5,526 bases of DNA. Source: a virus. The notes beneath the pieces are model-generated. The model saw only the letters and a program-made list of their open reading frames with translations, was not told the origin of the DNA and ran no database searches. The stretch lies in the UHGV virus genome UHGV-0328789. One strand, 5' to 3'. This document shows, piece by piece, positions 5,362 to 5,526 of this stretch (positions are counted from its first letter, which is position 1; every line of letters starts with the position of its first letter). Position numbers and translations under genes: made by a program.

Positions 5362-5526
5362 ATGAAAAAGTAAAGAAAATCGTAAAATGGATCGCGGTAA
5401 TAGCAGCTGCGATCGGCGCAGCAGCCGCTGTAATCATTGAGCAGGGATGCACTAACAAGTATCATCTCAAAGCAAATGGCATCAAAGTCGACACAATCGA
5501 AGTATCAAAATCAATAAAAATTAAAT
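5358..5526 (+). CDS. Small membrane protein, partial at the window end (MNEKVKKIVKWIAVIAAAIGAAAAVIIEQGCTNKYHLKANGIKVDTIEVSKSIKIK...). It is 56 aa if the window is circular, because T5526 plus A1 A2 form TAA.
   Basis: Its ATG overlaps the Rep TGA (ATGA), suggesting translational coupling. It has a basic N-terminus followed by one Ala/Ile-rich predicted transmembrane helix of about 18 aa. The helix is encoded by a locally GC-rich segment that is clearly non-random against the A-rich background. It is the only coding option for this otherwise unassigned 170 nt of a compact genome. Confidence 0.5.
   Translation, partial: MNEKVKKIVKWIAVIAAAIGAAAAVIIEQGCTNKYHLKANGIKVDTIEVSKSIKIK

Noticed and set aside
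1-5526. Searched for tRNA or rRNA genes, CRISPR repeats, an integrase or transposase, and terminal inverted or direct repeats (att sites).
   Set aside because: None were found. There is no cloverleaf-capable GC-rich segment, no spaced repeat array and no tyrosine/serine recombinase-like ORF. The window ends share no repeat. This is consistent with a free circular phage genome and not a mobile element or prophage boundary.

Overview
The window reads as a complete or near-complete genome of a Microviridae-like ssDNA phage, most plausibly circular and unit-length (about 5.5 kb). Every credible gene is on the + strand and the genes are tightly packed. The layout fits the Alpavirinae/Gokushovirinae-like lineages, not phiX-like phages. 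Two features support this: a long major capsid protein of 681 aa, and genes with essentially no Shine-Dalgarno sequences, as in Bacteroidetes-type hosts. Gene order is: unknown 101-aa ORF (4-309), major capsid VP1 (313-2358), small 107-aa VP3-like protein (2363-2686), the only sizeable non-coding region (2687-2841, 155 bp) holding a perfect GC-rich hairpin, H-like pilot / minor capsid VP2 with a Gly-rich tract (2842-4050), rolling-circle replication initiator VP4 (4090-5361), and a small transmembrane protein (5358 to window end) whose start overlaps the Rep stop. The Rep carries unmistakable superfamily-I motifs I, II and III. The most notable observation is a single in-frame TGA in Rep between motifs II and III, with no downstream ATG that could express motif III separately. 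Active Rep therefore needs TGA readthrough or recoding (or a TGG read as TGA by error); otherwise the genome is defective. TGA is never used as a terminator by the other genes, which end in TAA or TAG. Other points worth follow-up are a TAA stop for the last gene that is completed only when the window ends are joined, a candidate single-gene lysis protein, a protein-like +1-frame ORF inside the 3' end of Rep, and a candidate origin or terminator hairpin. No tRNA, rRNA, CRISPR array, transposase, integrase or attachment repeats are visible.
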